Shown in pieces: positions 38,701 through 48,642 of a DNA stretch of 64,000 bases (the first letter of the stretch is position 1; each line of letters starts with the position of its first letter). The DNA comes from Candidatus Thorarchaeota archaeon. Its GTDB lineage: Archaea; Asgardarchaeota; Thorarchaeia; Thorarchaeales; Thorarchaeaceae. A program made the position numbers and the translations under genes. The notes beneath the pieces are model-generated. The model was not told the DNA's origin. It ran no database searches and saw only the letters and a program-made list of their open reading frames with translations. The DNA is taken from positions 32,001 to 96,000 of the forward strand of contig JBHLQH010000009.1 of NCBI GenBank assembly GCA_048884965.1, in the 5' to 3' direction.

Positions 38701-41700
38701 GTTCGGAACTATGACTCTTATCTCTCAATCAGCTCAAACTCTTCTGTCGTTCATCTTAATGAAACAGTATACATCTACGGATATCTGGAACATGAGAACG
38801 GGACTCCTTTGACTGGAATGTTAGTGAATATTCAATGGAATAACGGGTCCGTTACTGTCTTCCCTGTCTACACGAACTCCACTGGTTGGTACAACTTCTA
38901 CTATAATTGTTCTCTATCTATTGATGATGAGGGAACTGTCACCGTAACAGCAATTCATACTTCCATCGATCTATCATACAGTAGCTCAAGTGCTATCCTC
39001 TCACCACCCCTCACACTACAACTATACCAACTGACTCTGGCTACTACTGTGGATCCAAATCCAGTCCATCTTGACGAATCCTTCATTTTTGATGGCACTC
39101 TTACGCTTGACATCAATGGGAACCCTGTATCAGGAGCTACGATCTGGGTTCATTACCGTTATTCTAACGGGACAGAATACTCTATTCCTAGACTGACTAA
39201 TTCAACTGGAGGATTCTTCTTCCAGTATAACTGCTCGCTAAGTGATACCTTAGGAGCAATCTATGTCTGGGCACAATTCAATAGCGGCAACCCTCTCTGG
39301 GATGATGCGATGTCCCTGAATCATACGGTGAACCTAATATTATACTCTATGACTCTGACCGCATTCACTGACAAGGCATCCTATTATCTTGATGAGGCCA
39401 TCTATATTTGGGGTCAATTGACGTATTCGCATAACTCCACGCCATTGGATGGGCATCAGGTAAGGGTGTATGTATCCAATGTATATGGTCCCGTCTATTG
39501 GACGGTAGTAACGAATAGTAGTGGTCATTTCGAGTACACCTACCCCCTATCGCCAAGCGATGAAGGACCAATTGATATTTGGGCTACCTTCACGACTTCA
39601 GTGCCATTATGGGACAATGCAACTTCTTCAACAGTCCAAGTCAATGCTATCAAGTACGATTTGACAATCGATTTGATGATTTCGCCTAATCCCGTGTATC
39701 TGAATGAAACTATTACCATTCTCCTTCATCTATACTTCTCGCACAATTCGACCGACATTCCTAATGAATGGGTGACCGTTTGGTGGGACAACGGGGTAGA
39801 TTCCGCATTCATTGTGGGCGTAGTCCAGACAAACTCCTCAGGATATGCTGAGTTTACCTATTCGGGCATGGACGACTATACGATTCTAGTTGGAAACGAC
39901 CTCTATGCAGTCAGTGGTGGAACGACCTATTTTGATTATGTCACATCAAATCATGTTTATCTCGATTTGCAGAGATGGTCCACTCTTATCCATAGTCTTG
40001 ATACAGGTGGCTCTACCAACTTTCAACTCACCGATACTGTAACGGTTACAGGATATCTTGTCTACGATGGACCCGAGCCAGACGTTCCATATTCATCAAT
40101 TCAGGTTGAGATTCTTGTCGATGGAGAGATAGTGGATACTACATTGACTGCATCTGATGGTTCATTTACAGGCTATTGGGTGATTCCTGACGATACGACG
40201 ACTGGCACTCATGTCATATCTGCTAGATTTTCGTCATCTGTAAACTGGATTGCCAACTATACTCTGGTTCCTGGAATCTCTGTTGATGTTACCGCAATCA
40301 ATATCATTTGGACCTTCTCTGCGACCCCTGATCCGGTCTATAGAGGCAATTGGCTCTATATCTCAGGTACTTTGGACTTGGACAATGGTAGCGTCTATGC
40401 TGGAGCCATCGTTACAATCTATTGGCAAAGTCCATCCCAAACAATACCCTCCGAGATAGGCACTCGCATAACAGATGGAAGTGGATTCTTTGAGATGCGG
40501 TACCGCGTAGGCGACACTGCTGAGCTAGGACTTACCATGATTCTGGTAGATTGCTCATCCGGAACCCCAGTTATTGCCTACAGTGGAGATTCTGATACAG
40601 TTAGTGTTGAGATGATCCCAGTGACACTTACCGGAGGGGGTGATATATCAGGCGTCATCTATCTTGGTGATACCATTCAGTTCTCTGGTACTCTGACCTT
40701 TGGTAATGGCACCTCAATGGTTGGCTACGATGTAAGTATCATCTGGGATGGTGAAGTGCTAACAACAATTACGATTACCGATGGGGTTGCAGGCGCGTTC
40801 TCATACTCGTATTTACTTCCGTGGGATGAATCCGTTCAAGACATCACCTACTATATTCAATTTGACAGGCCCTCTGAGGCATATCAGGAAGCACAGACGG
40901 TATCTACGGACTTGGAAATCCGTGATGCGGTATCCATAGCCATTGATACACAATCTGTGACAATCATCTTCCGTGATGACACTCTTCTCATTACTGGAAT
41001 TGTGACCAATGGTGGTGGTCCGGATGCTGATGTGCCTTTGGAGATACTAGTTGATGGCGCTGCATCAGGTTCCTATGCCATAACCGATCAAAATGGAAGA
41101 TTCTCTGCTTCCTTTCTCATTCATGACGCGATTGACAGCGGAACCCGTAACTTCACTGTAAGTCTCGATTCAACGAACTATGATCAGTCAAGTTCTCCAG
41201 CATACTGGTTGGTCGATGTTTACCTCCATTCATATATCACTGTCAACTTCCAAGATTTATCTGATCTAATGCCGGGCGGATCGTTCAACATAAGCTTCAA
41301 TATCTTCGATGATGATCAAAACACACCCATCGGTCAGTTCGTTTCTGTATATCTTAATACTACCTACATTGGAGATCTCCTCGTTACTACAGCGGGTTAC
41401 AACACATATCTCATGGACCTTGATGCATCTTGGTCTGGCGGGTCTGGTTACTTCGTAGCAATCGTTGAGTGGGATGGTGATTCGTTCATCGAGGGCTCTT
41501 CCGGTCAGACTCGTTATTCCATCCATGTATATGACGAGGTGGTGTTTAGTGGATTTCAACCCGGATATGCAGAAGTCAACGCACAGGTCTTGCTTCGAGG
41601 ACAATTACTTGATGGTGCTGGTAATCCTATCATTGGGGCAACAGTCAATCTATATCTGAACACAACTCCTTCGCCTTTAGGACCATCAGCAGTCGTTATA

Positions 41701-42015
41701 ACAGGTGAAACAGGAGAGTTCACGTATACTCTGCCTTTTAGATTCACATCAGCAGGTAGTTACTTCTTTGTTGCAGAATTCGTAATGCAAGATGGCACTC
41801 CCGTTACAGGCAGGCATGATTTCTTGGTCACACCAGGAGGACCTCCTGGTCTTGATACAGCTTTGCTATTCACTTGGGTGATAGCAATTGGGCTTGAATT
41901 GATCGTTGCCATGATAATAGTCGCGCGATACCGATATAACCGCGGAGGTTCTGGTTTATTTGGGTTTAGACTTCGCAGCAGAGCTTCAGAGATTTATGAT
42001 ACTTTAGTCAGGTGA
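35785..42015 (+). CDS. Giant surface glycoprotein: N-terminal TM, TgpA-type transglutaminase-like domain lacking catalytic residues, about 15 Ig-like repeats, C-terminal TM
   Basis: LWRSTAYDSYDGAGW, DFATAY...LDIPAR..LGY, WAEVY; about 100-aa repeats G.L...G.P...V...W...T...G.[FY]..[Y]; many NxS/T; C-terminal LLFTWVIAIGLELIVAMIIVARYRYNR. Confidence 0.8.
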   Translation: MSASEPVTKRKVGITTILSAIFIILMIVWGTYTVILISLEQVRSENPHVQLNDVEPWNYNINWAGGRTNWFDDINYTDLPLDQQLPEDLLAQLNNTLFIVSPANPGQLWRSTAYDSYDGAGWRKTLDLTTESVGVIPASSAVNEVYTISMNITVSANTDPIELPVLFPYILVIEDSFTSTPSDALISYYLEYDVYNTLLFYPFLSGNLGDTVLIQYQVTYLTQDLAYIEANAQEGITADRTTQDQYGRDATTTDLSDTVRNEIEPFRTIGTNAYDKAMAVDVYFRSNYQLLMGEDEINERPAADQEVTDWFIERGGGLPMDFATAYCVFMRELDIPARMTLGYALGDPNPDGSNSRLVRVLHMMFWAEVYIPFDGTDGEWIQVIPIPLPSDFGGGDLPENLDPANVTLYVGTPENIVLQWLYPGTPLIPQWSMIGDSFNLSAMLIVNDQPYTGSENIRFYDLTDGVELGTVPIEFTPDARHLPLANISYSFPDGANPGAHNISAMWITSTFLSTGFTSWVAVGQSNPYAPILPTSQFAPSETIDLNVKLGLTDYSAQWMDTLHVYGTMTIGGSPANGTKLAELGNDQMWLLWDGIWYGNATIGSDGYYELDIYLDPTDLARMTAGQHNVTAFYAGVYDPFTGIPVVLPGYSPDNIVTLSAVVGFTLSVNPTTTAGGGTITYDGYLYLLNGTILPGETVGIMFDGTIVDTAVTNGSGGFTYDYVVPLSQVEGDYPAQVNFTSGYSLVNGNTSLPVIITIESASATLTIDSTPKDPTPLYIYENITIFGTLTITSNSSPLVGRTVDLYWDWNNGTVQYLGSNITGAGGYYEFTYQIPAYSEGYGTYWVEFNSLEATLQSGISPTMSITVKRYDVQVYIQALQSSVAVGEELDIQGFLYLPELYGLLPNALVSLWWDNGSVFNIANVMTSPATGFYTFNYTIPLTHALQVNSLWANYSSISPLLYSNESMFLPINVRNYDSYLSISSNSSVVHLNETVYIYGYLEHENGTPLTGMLVNIQWNNGSVTVFPVYTNSTGWYNFYYNCSLSIDDEGTVTVTAIHTSIDLSYSSSSAILSPPLTLQLYQLTLATTVDPNPVHLDESFIFDGTLTLDINGNPVSGATIWVHYRYSNGTEYSIPRLTNSTGGFFFQYNCSLSDTLGAIYVWAQFNSGNPLWDDAMSLNHTVNLILYSMTLTAFTDKASYYLDEAIYIWGQLTYSHNSTPLDGHQVRVYVSNVYGPVYWTVVTNSSGHFEYTYPLSPSDEGPIDIWATFTTSVPLWDNATSSTVQVNAIKYDLTIDLMISPNPVYLNETITILLHLYFSHNSTDIPNEWVTVWWDNGVDSAFIVGVVQTNSSGYAEFTYSGMDDYTILVGNDLYAVSGGTTYFDYVTSNHVYLDLQRWSTLIHSLDTGGSTNFQLTDTVTVTGYLVYDGPEPDVPYSSIQVEILVDGEIVDTTLTASDGSFTGYWVIPDDTTTGTHVISARFSSSVNWIANYTLVPGISVDVTAINIIWTFSATPDPVYRGNWLYISGTLDLDNGSVYAGAIVTIYWQSPSQTIPSEIGTRITDGSGFFEMRYRVGDTAELGLTMILVDCSSGTPVIAYSGDSDTVSVEMIPVTLTGGGDISGVIYLGDTIQFSGTLTFGNGTSMVGYDVSIIWDGEVLTTITITDGVAGAFSYSYLLPWDESVQDITYYIQFDRPSEAYQEAQTVSTDLEIRDAVSIAIDTQSVTIIFRDDTLLITGIVTNGGGPDADVPLEILVDGAASGSYAITDQNGRFSASFLIHDAIDSGTRNFTVSLDSTNYDQSSSPAYWLVDVYLHSYITVNFQDLSDLMPGGSFNISFNIFDDDQNTPIGQFVSVYLNTTYIGDLLVTTAGYNTYLMDLDASWSGGSGYFVAIVEWDGDSFIEGSSGQTRYSIHVYDEVVFSGFQPGYAEVNAQVLLRGQLLDGAGNPIIGATVNLYLNTTPSPLGPSAVVITGETGEFTYTLPFRFTSAGSYFFVAEFVMQDGTPVTGRHDFLVTPGGPPGLDTALLFTWVIAIGLELIVAMIIVARYRYNRGGSGLFGFRLRSRASEIYDTLVR

Positions 42016-42485
42016 GAACAATGCAATTGGATTTAATTGAGATATTAATGCCAGCGGTTGCACTTACAGGGGCTGTGATAGTTGTACTCCTGTACCTTTA
42101 CTATGTCAAAGGTATGTTTCGTAGTACCACACGAGCTGTTACTTCTGTAGACATCCCTGGCAAACTCAGAAATATCAAGAAACTTGCAGATGCTGGTAAG
42201 TTCGAGGCGGCGATAACTCTTGCTTATCGTACCTTTGAGCAGATGTGTGGGATGAAGATCGGGTCAGAAAGGATGTCTTCCGAAACTGCACGCGAGTACA
42301 TCGAGCGTGTCTTGAAGATCATACCCCTTGATGCCGAATCAGTTGAGGAATTCGTGAAAGCATATGAAGAAGCGAGATTCTCAAGCCATGAAATCTCTCG
42401 TGATAGATACGAGCTAGCAATCAAGGTCTTCACGGATATCTATCCCCGAATCGAAGGGGCTACATTAGTCAAGGAGAAACTATAG
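42012..42485 (+). CDS. DUF4129-like membrane-anchored protein
   Basis: N-terminal TM; SETAREY, YEEARFS motifs. Confidence 0.8.
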   Translation: MRTMQLDLIEILMPAVALTGAVIVVLLYLYYVKGMFRSTTRAVTSVDIPGKLRNIKKLADAGKFEAAITLAYRTFEQMCGMKIGSERMSSETAREYIERVLKIIPLDAESVEEFVKAYEEARFSSHEISRDRYELAIKVFTDIYPRIEGATLVKEKL

Positions 42486-42510
42486 GGTTATTCCAAGGTG
42501 GCGTGTTGAG

Positions 42511-43893
42511 ATGGGATGGAAAGAGGCTCTGCAAATAACGCTGTTCGTCTTAGCTTGGATACCAATAGGGTATCTTAGCATCACGACTGCAATCAACTAT
42601 GAGCAGCAGTACGAGTATGACTTCTCCATCTACAACACCAACTGGGATGGTTGCAGCGAATTTCGCGCGATGATTGAGCGTAATGGGTACGAAGCAAAGA
42701 CAATTCAGTCATCCATGAGTGTGATTAATCGATACGAGGGCAATGCGACAATCGTCATCCTAGGGCCTGTGCGTGATTTTTCCATTGACGCGACCTTAAC
42801 TCTTCTCCAGCACATGATAGCAGGTGGAGGGGTGATTATTGCGGATGACTTTGGTACAGCGAACAGTTCTTTTGTTTGGCTGAACGAATATCTGATTAAT
42901 CTTCTGGCAGGTGATTCTCCCTATCTCCAATACATTGATGGGTTCCTCTCCTTCACCAAGGGAATCCTCATGGATCTTGATTCATACTATGCAAGTCCGC
43001 GTCTACCAGTCATTAGAGACTTCAATGCGCATCCGCTTTTCAACGGTGTGTCCTCAATCACGTTGAACAATGCATCAGCACTGACTCCGACAAGTATCCT
43101 TGGGGCAACTGGAATAGCATGGACAACTAATCGTGCATGGAGTGAAACGAACATCTCTGACCCGAATCCTACCCCCACCGAAGGTGAATTCGCAGGTAGA
43201 CTTCCCGTTATTGGTGTACTGGATAACAGCTATGGCATCCCAATTGCAGGGCGAATGGTAGCGATATCTGATCCGAGTATCTTCATCAATGAGATGTGGG
43301 ATGCGTTTGACGGCAATCGCCAATTCGGAGCAAATCTCGTCAATTGGATATCTGGTGGAAATCAAGACCGTCCTATTATTTTCTGTGAACAATTACTCGC
43401 AACGCCAATCGTTAGTGCTGAATTCTTCTTTGGCGGATACATGTCTAGGATGCTTTGGGCTAGTACCAATATCTTTCTCGCACCAATCTATCCTCTAATG
43501 ACCGCCATTGGTATCAAGAAGTACTTGCCTGACATGAAGAAGCCCGAAGTCAAAAGCGTATCTGAAGTCTTCATGCGTAGAGGTCAGACCTATTTCAGTG
43601 AGAGGATGACATATTATCGTACAGAAGGGAATTACGCCCGTGTCATAAAAATGATCTATAGAAAGCTCCGTCGAGGGATACGGAAGAAGTATCAATGGTC
43701 TGACTATAAGTCTCAAAGAGTATGGGAACTAATTCGATACAAGGATCCCTCAATAAAGGAGGCTGACTTTTTCAAAAACCTCCAACGGATTGAAGAGATA
43801 TCTTCCAAGCCAAATATGAAAATTAGAGAGGCTGAGATGATGAAACTCTTCTTCTGGATGAAGAACATTCAAGATAAATTAGTAGAAACATAA
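42511..43893 (+). CDS. DUF4350-like (GATase-fold) membrane protein
   Basis: FSIYNTNWDGCSEF, GGGVIIADDFG, ISDPSIFIN; N- and C-terminal TMs. Confidence 0.75.
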   Translation: MGWKEALQITLFVLAWIPIGYLSITTAINYEQQYEYDFSIYNTNWDGCSEFRAMIERNGYEAKTIQSSMSVINRYEGNATIVILGPVRDFSIDATLTLLQHMIAGGGVIIADDFGTANSSFVWLNEYLINLLAGDSPYLQYIDGFLSFTKGILMDLDSYYASPRLPVIRDFNAHPLFNGVSSITLNNASALTPTSILGATGIAWTTNRAWSETNISDPNPTPTEGEFAGRLPVIGVLDNSYGIPIAGRMVAISDPSIFINEMWDAFDGNRQFGANLVNWISGGNQDRPIIFCEQLLATPIVSAEFFFGGYMSRMLWASTNIFLAPIYPLMTAIGIKKYLPDMKKPEVKSVSEVFMRRGQTYFSERMTYYRTEGNYARVIKMIYRKLRRGIRKKYQWSDYKSQRVWELIRYKDPSIKEADFFKNLQRIEEISSKPNMKIREAEMMKLFFWMKNIQDKLVET

Positions 43894-43897
43894 GAAG

Positions 43898-44899
43898 GTG
43901 GAACATAAAGAAATGACAATAGATTCAACGGAAACCAATATGGAAAGTCTGGGTCCACCAATGACCATCTCCGAGGTTCACGACCTCACATCAGAAATTC
44001 TACGTGAATGTGGTCGCATTATCGTTGGGAAGATTGACATAATGCGTGATACATTGATAGCATTTCTTTCAAATGGTCATGTGGTCCTAGAAGGGGTTCC
44101 CGGTCTAGCCAAGACGTATATGGCACGTACCTTTGCGTCTATTCTGGGATGTGCTTTCAAGCGGATTCAGCTTACAGTAGACACCCTACCCGCTGATTTG
44201 CTCGGAAGCAACGTGTTCAACCAGAAGACCGGTGAATTTTGGTTTAGAAAGGGACCCGTCTTCTCAAACTTGGTACTGGCTGATGAAATCAATAGATGCC
44301 CTCCAAAATCTCAGAGTGCACTCCTTGAAGTCATGGAGGAGCGTCAAGTTTCAACTGAAGGCATCACAAGAGCATTACCCAGACCCTTCCTGATTATAGC
44401 TACTCAGAATCCTGTCGAGCAAGAGGGTACTTATCCTCTGCCTGAGGCACAGCTAGATCGATTCATGTTCAGACTCATACTTGATTATCCTACTGGGTCA
44501 GAAGAAGCTGAAGTGATACGAAGGAAGCATGTTGGTGAGGCATCTGACCTACGCATTCTTGCCGATCCCGTTACCATGATGCGAATGCAAGAAACCTGTA
44601 AGACCGTCTATATTGAGGAGGATATTATCAACTATATCCGTGATATCATAGTCAGGACGCGAAATGACCCTCAGATTTTGCTTGGCGGCTCACCTCGAGC
44701 ATCATTAGTATTGATGAACTCATCTAAGACCCGTGCTGCAATGCATGGTCGTGATTATGTCGTTCCCGAGGATGTGCGAAAGCTCGCTGTTCAAACTCTG
44801 AATCACAGACTCGTTCTCAAGCCTGAGGCAGAACTGGAAGGTCTCACGGTTGAAAGAATCACCAGTAAGATTCTAGGCGAAGTTGACTGTCCACGCTAG
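43898..44899 (+). CDS. moxR: MoxR family AAA+ ATPase
   Basis: GHVVLEGVPGLAKT, RIQLT, LADEINR, ATQNPVEQEGTYPLPEAQLDRF, GSPRA. Confidence 0.96.
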   Translation: MEHKEMTIDSTETNMESLGPPMTISEVHDLTSEILRECGRIIVGKIDIMRDTLIAFLSNGHVVLEGVPGLAKTYMARTFASILGCAFKRIQLTVDTLPADLLGSNVFNQKTGEFWFRKGPVFSNLVLADEINRCPPKSQSALLEVMEERQVSTEGITRALPRPFLIIATQNPVEQEGTYPLPEAQLDRFMFRLILDYPTGSEEAEVIRRKHVGEASDLRILADPVTMMRMQETCKTVYIEEDIINYIRDIIVRTRNDPQILLGGSPRASLVLMNSSKTRAAMHGRDYVVPEDVRKLAVQTLNHRLVLKPEAELEGLTVERITSKILGEVDCPR

Positions 44900-44923
44900 G
44901 AACCTAAACGGAGATTAGATGCT

Positions 44924-46246
44924 ATGCTGACCCAGAGAGGCTTTGTTGTGGTGTTTGCAGGGGTCCTATTCCTTACCAGTGGATTCTCTTTCGCTAATTT
45001 CTATCTGACACTACTAGGCGTCTATCTCATCATAGGTCTCGTGGTAACACTGCCCCTTTTCGCAATGACCGCTAATCTCTCTGGGATAGAGGTTGACCGA
45101 CAAATTGACAAGGTCAAGGTGTTCTCAGGGGATTTTCTACGTGTCAAGGTGACGATTAAGAATAGCTCCAAACGTCATTTCGATTTCATTGAAGTCCATG
45201 ATCAGTATCCCGAACTATGGATATTAGCAATAGGTGCCAATTTCATTGCATCACGGATACAACCTGGTGGTAGTATCACCTTCTCATACATACTTCAAGT
45301 GCGGATGCGAGGAAGATATTATCTTGGACCTACTGAAGTCATCATGCGTGATAGACTTGGTCTCCACTATTACAAAAGGATTCTAAAGGAACAGACTGAG
45401 GTTCTTGTTTATCCAACATGGAAAGATGTCAGACGTCTTGAGGCACTTGGGAAACAGCGACAACTCGGGCTGATGTTTGGCGCTCACCGAACCAAGGTCG
45501 TTGGCATGGGCACTGATTTTACTGGTTTCCGAGAATATCAAACTGGAGATTCATTCCGTAATATTGACTGGAAGACAAGTGCCAAACGTGGTGATTTGGT
45601 CATAAGGCAATATGAGATGGAAAAGAACATACAGATCATGTGCATGGTCGACACGAGCGGTTCCATGGGTAATGGATATCCCGAGAACACAAAGCTAGAA
45701 TATGCTATTCGTGCAGCTGTTCTTCTAACACATATGGGTCTTGAGAGAAAAGATCTCGTTGGCACGTGCATCTTTAGTGATGTTGTACATTCTTTTGTTC
45801 CACCTTCTACTCGTCCCAATCACATGTACAACGTACTTGAAGCACTGGCAATGGCTGAGCCTAAGGGCTGGAGCGATTATGAAACTGCCATTTCCTACGT
45901 AACTCAGCATGTAAAGAAGCGAACCTATGTCATATGGCTAACTGACCTAGAGGAATCTCCTGCACCTCTATTGAATGCAATGAAGTCTGTTGTTGCCAAC
46001 GGACATCGAGCCACAATCATCAGTCCCTTTGGTCCATGGTTCGAAGCACCAGTTGGACAACTAGGTGCAGTCGAGAAGGTATTGGCTGAGGCAGTATCTG
46101 AAGAACTGTGGGAACGAAGGCAGAAGATTACTCGAGCTCTCGCAAGGTTTGGAATCACTGTTGTAAATGTCGGTCCCGAGGACTTCTTGCCTATGATTAT
46201 CCGACAGTATGAAGAAGCAAAGCAAAAAGGAGTGGCGATGTTTTGA
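44924..46246 (+). CDS. DUF58 / von Willebrand factor A protein
   Basis: REYQTGDS..IDWKTSAK, MIDAS DTSGSM, LTDL. Confidence 0.92.
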   Translation: MLTQRGFVVVFAGVLFLTSGFSFANFYLTLLGVYLIIGLVVTLPLFAMTANLSGIEVDRQIDKVKVFSGDFLRVKVTIKNSSKRHFDFIEVHDQYPELWILAIGANFIASRIQPGGSITFSYILQVRMRGRYYLGPTEVIMRDRLGLHYYKRILKEQTEVLVYPTWKDVRRLEALGKQRQLGLMFGAHRTKVVGMGTDFTGFREYQTGDSFRNIDWKTSAKRGDLVIRQYEMEKNIQIMCMVDTSGSMGNGYPENTKLEYAIRAAVLLTHMGLERKDLVGTCIFSDVVHSFVPPSTRPNHMYNVLEALAMAEPKGWSDYETAISYVTQHVKKRTYVIWLTDLEESPAPLLNAMKSVVANGHRATIISPFGPWFEAPVGQLGAVEKVLAEAVSEELWERRQKITRALARFGITVVNVGPEDFLPMIIRQYEEAKQKGVAMF

Positions 46247-47652
46247 AACCAGTTACAGTCGTTCTACAGATACTCTCCATTGTGCTGTTCTTTCTAATGT
46301 GTTTGAATGTCTATTTAGCACTTGAAGGGTACTGGAACTGGAATGCTCCTTATGTGTTCATTGTAACAGTATTTCGACTCATATCCCTCATCCTGTTCTT
46401 CGTTGGTTCGATGGTCATCGCAGGACTCGTCGCTCCGTTCACAGGCTTTACTCCCAGTGAAGCTCTGGTTGGTCTTTACAACACTCAATTATTGCGAATG
46501 TGGTATATGCAACCCTATGGAGTTTCAGGGCCCTTTACGTCAATTCGGGATGTCTTTTCGTCCGTCACAGGAAATTTTGGACAACTGTGGACTATACTAT
46601 CTCAGTATAGCTTCAACTTCATGTTCTTCCTAGCTGCTGCCTTGGGAATCGTTTTCTTCCTTCAATCTCTTTTCCGCTTTGACCACAAATTTGTAGGTGG
46701 GGCATTCATATCGATTCAATCTGTGTTGGTGATTGCTGCTGTTCGTGCAACTGTTTTTCCCCTACTACCTGTAATCCCAATACCTGAATTTGCATCAGGA
46801 TCAATCCCGCCTGATTTCTTCGAGTACCTTTTCGATAACGCTCAGATAATAGCTCTAATTTCATTTGCTTACCTTGAGATTAGCTACCAAATGATATACA
46901 GCCATTCAGTAGGCAAACCTGTGGAAGAACGAGAGGACACCTTGAAGAAGCAGCTATTAGCACTTCGTCAAGTCACACGAAAGAAGGAAGCCATCGAGAA
47001 GGGTGAAAAGATCAGCACGACTGCTATGAGTCGGTCATCCGGTGCCACTGCTTTCTCATTCTTGCGAGAAGCAATCGAACGAAGGGTGTTCGGTGAGAGT
47101 GAGGTGGTCGAAAGTCTGGATGCGATTGCGGATGTAAGACGTCTTCAGATATTTGTCGACGAGCTCTTGTCCACTGATCCAAATGCGAGGGACGAATTGA
47201 CAGCCAAAGCAGCTGCGCCCTCTTCTGCATATATCATCTCATCGACCATTTCTGGATCTATTATCCGTTTCCTCGGCGTCATAACGATCGCCTTCCTATT
47301 TGTGAATCCACTGATTTTCACAACTCTCTTCAGTCTACCCCCTGGGATCCAAAATAGTGTCGAGCTCGAGCAACCTGAACTGGTGATTCTATTTCTTCTA
47401 CCAATTCTTCTCGTCTTTGTACTGGTAGCTATGATAATTGGCTGGGCTACCGCACGAGAGGTGGAAGAGAAACCTGCGATGTCCAAGGAGGAGAAGGAAG
47501 CAGAAAATACCAGAAAGACCGAGCTAAAGAAGAAACGAGCCGATGCCAAGAAAGCTAGGAAAGAGCGAGAGATGGCAAGAAAGAAACGGAAGGACTCTTC
47601 TGAGCCTGTTGACGAATGGGATCGGGCATTAGAAGAAACATACAAGACGTAA
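46243..47652 (+). CDS. Multi-pass membrane protein with cytoplasmic helical insert and Lys-rich tail
   Basis: Several TM segments; overlaps the DUF58 stop, so in the same operon; no family recognised. Confidence 0.7.
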   Translation: MKPVTVVLQILSIVLFFLMCLNVYLALEGYWNWNAPYVFIVTVFRLISLILFFVGSMVIAGLVAPFTGFTPSEALVGLYNTQLLRMWYMQPYGVSGPFTSIRDVFSSVTGNFGQLWTILSQYSFNFMFFLAAALGIVFFLQSLFRFDHKFVGGAFISIQSVLVIAAVRATVFPLLPVIPIPEFASGSIPPDFFEYLFDNAQIIALISFAYLEISYQMIYSHSVGKPVEEREDTLKKQLLALRQVTRKKEAIEKGEKISTTAMSRSSGATAFSFLREAIERRVFGESEVVESLDAIADVRRLQIFVDELLSTDPNARDELTAKAAAPSSAYIISSTISGSIIRFLGVITIAFLFVNPLIFTTLFSLPPGIQNSVELEQPELVILFLLPILLVFVLVAMIIGWATAREVEEKPAMSKEEKEAENTRKTELKKKRADAKKARKEREMARKKRKDSSEPVDEWDRALEETYKT

Positions 47653-48642
47653 ATGAGGCAATATCCAATGGACTCTGTCGTGCTCTCACATGGAGATGTT
47701 GATGGAATTACTTCTGGTGCCATCGGACTGTTGAAGTTCCCTGGATCATCCTTCTATTTCTCGCGTCCTTCACAAATACACTCAGATCTGTACCGGATTG
47801 CGAAGGACCGACCGAAGACAGTTAGTGTGAGTGATATCGCTATCAACGAGTTGAGATTCGAACATATTCTAAGAGCATTGGATCGATTTCCTGAAACTAC
47901 CGAGATTTACTGGACTGACCACCACCCTCTCAGCAAAAAGCAGAGGGATCAGTTGCAGAAGAAAGTCCATTTGTTTCATGAGGTGGGCGCATCTGCAGCT
48001 GAGCTGATGTATCGTAGATTTAGTGATGACTTACCAGAGCATGGCCTTAGGCTTGCCCTTTATGGTGCGATTGGAGATTATTGTGACGCCACGTCCTTCG
48101 CAACTCATCAGTTCGAGAACTACGACAAGAGAACGCTGTATCTGGAAGCTGGACTATTGGTACAAGCTTTGCAAGAGATTGACTATCAAAGAGAATCAAT
48201 GGATTTGGTACATGAACTCACTCTAGGTATTGAACCAAGTGCAATGAACAATATAGTCACCCTCGCGATGAAGGCTACTCGAGTCGAGAGAGAAGTCTTC
48301 CGGTATATAGGACACAATGCTAGGAAGCTAGGACCCATAGGATATATTCTTGATATGCCAATAAGCGGTTATCGCGGAAAATCTGCAAAGTTTGCTGCTT
48401 ATTTGACTGACTCGAATATAGGAATAAGCGCGAAATCCTCTGAAGATGAGGTCGATATGAGTATTAGACGAAGAGGAAAGAAAATAGACCTGAATAAGGC
48501 ATTGAATTCCATTCTCCCTGAGCTTACAGATGCGCATGGCGGAGGTCATCCTGCTGCAGCTGGAGCTACTTTGAATAAGAGCGAGTTTCCGAAATTCCTC
48601 GACTATCTAGCCGAGTACGTAGATAGCAACATTAGCCCATGA
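47653..48642 (+). CDS. DHH/DHHA1 family phosphoesterase
   Basis: HGDVDG, SDIA, TDHH, GGGHPAAAG. Confidence 0.9.
   Translation: MRQYPMDSVVLSHGDVDGITSGAIGLLKFPGSSFYFSRPSQIHSDLYRIAKDRPKTVSVSDIAINELRFEHILRALDRFPETTEIYWTDHHPLSKKQRDQLQKKVHLFHEVGASAAELMYRRFSDDLPEHGLRLALYGAIGDYCDATSFATHQFENYDKRTLYLEAGLLVQALQEIDYQRESMDLVHELTLGIEPSAMNNIVTLAMKATRVEREVFRYIGHNARKLGPIGYILDMPISGYRGKSAKFAAYLTDSNIGISAKSSEDEVDMSIRRRGKKIDLNKALNSILPELTDAHGGGHPAAAGATLNKSEFPKFLDYLAEYVDSNISP

Noticed and set aside
37000-41850. Repeats in the giant gene as a CRISPR array or DNA tandem repeat
   Set aside because: Repetition is visible only at the protein level (diverged Ig-like domains); there are no identical DNA repeats with spacers.
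47653-48642. DHH protein as the Cdc45/GAN replisome component, or as part of the MoxR system
   Set aside because: Only generic DHH/DHHA1 motifs are visible; the subfamily and functional link cannot be assigned without a search.
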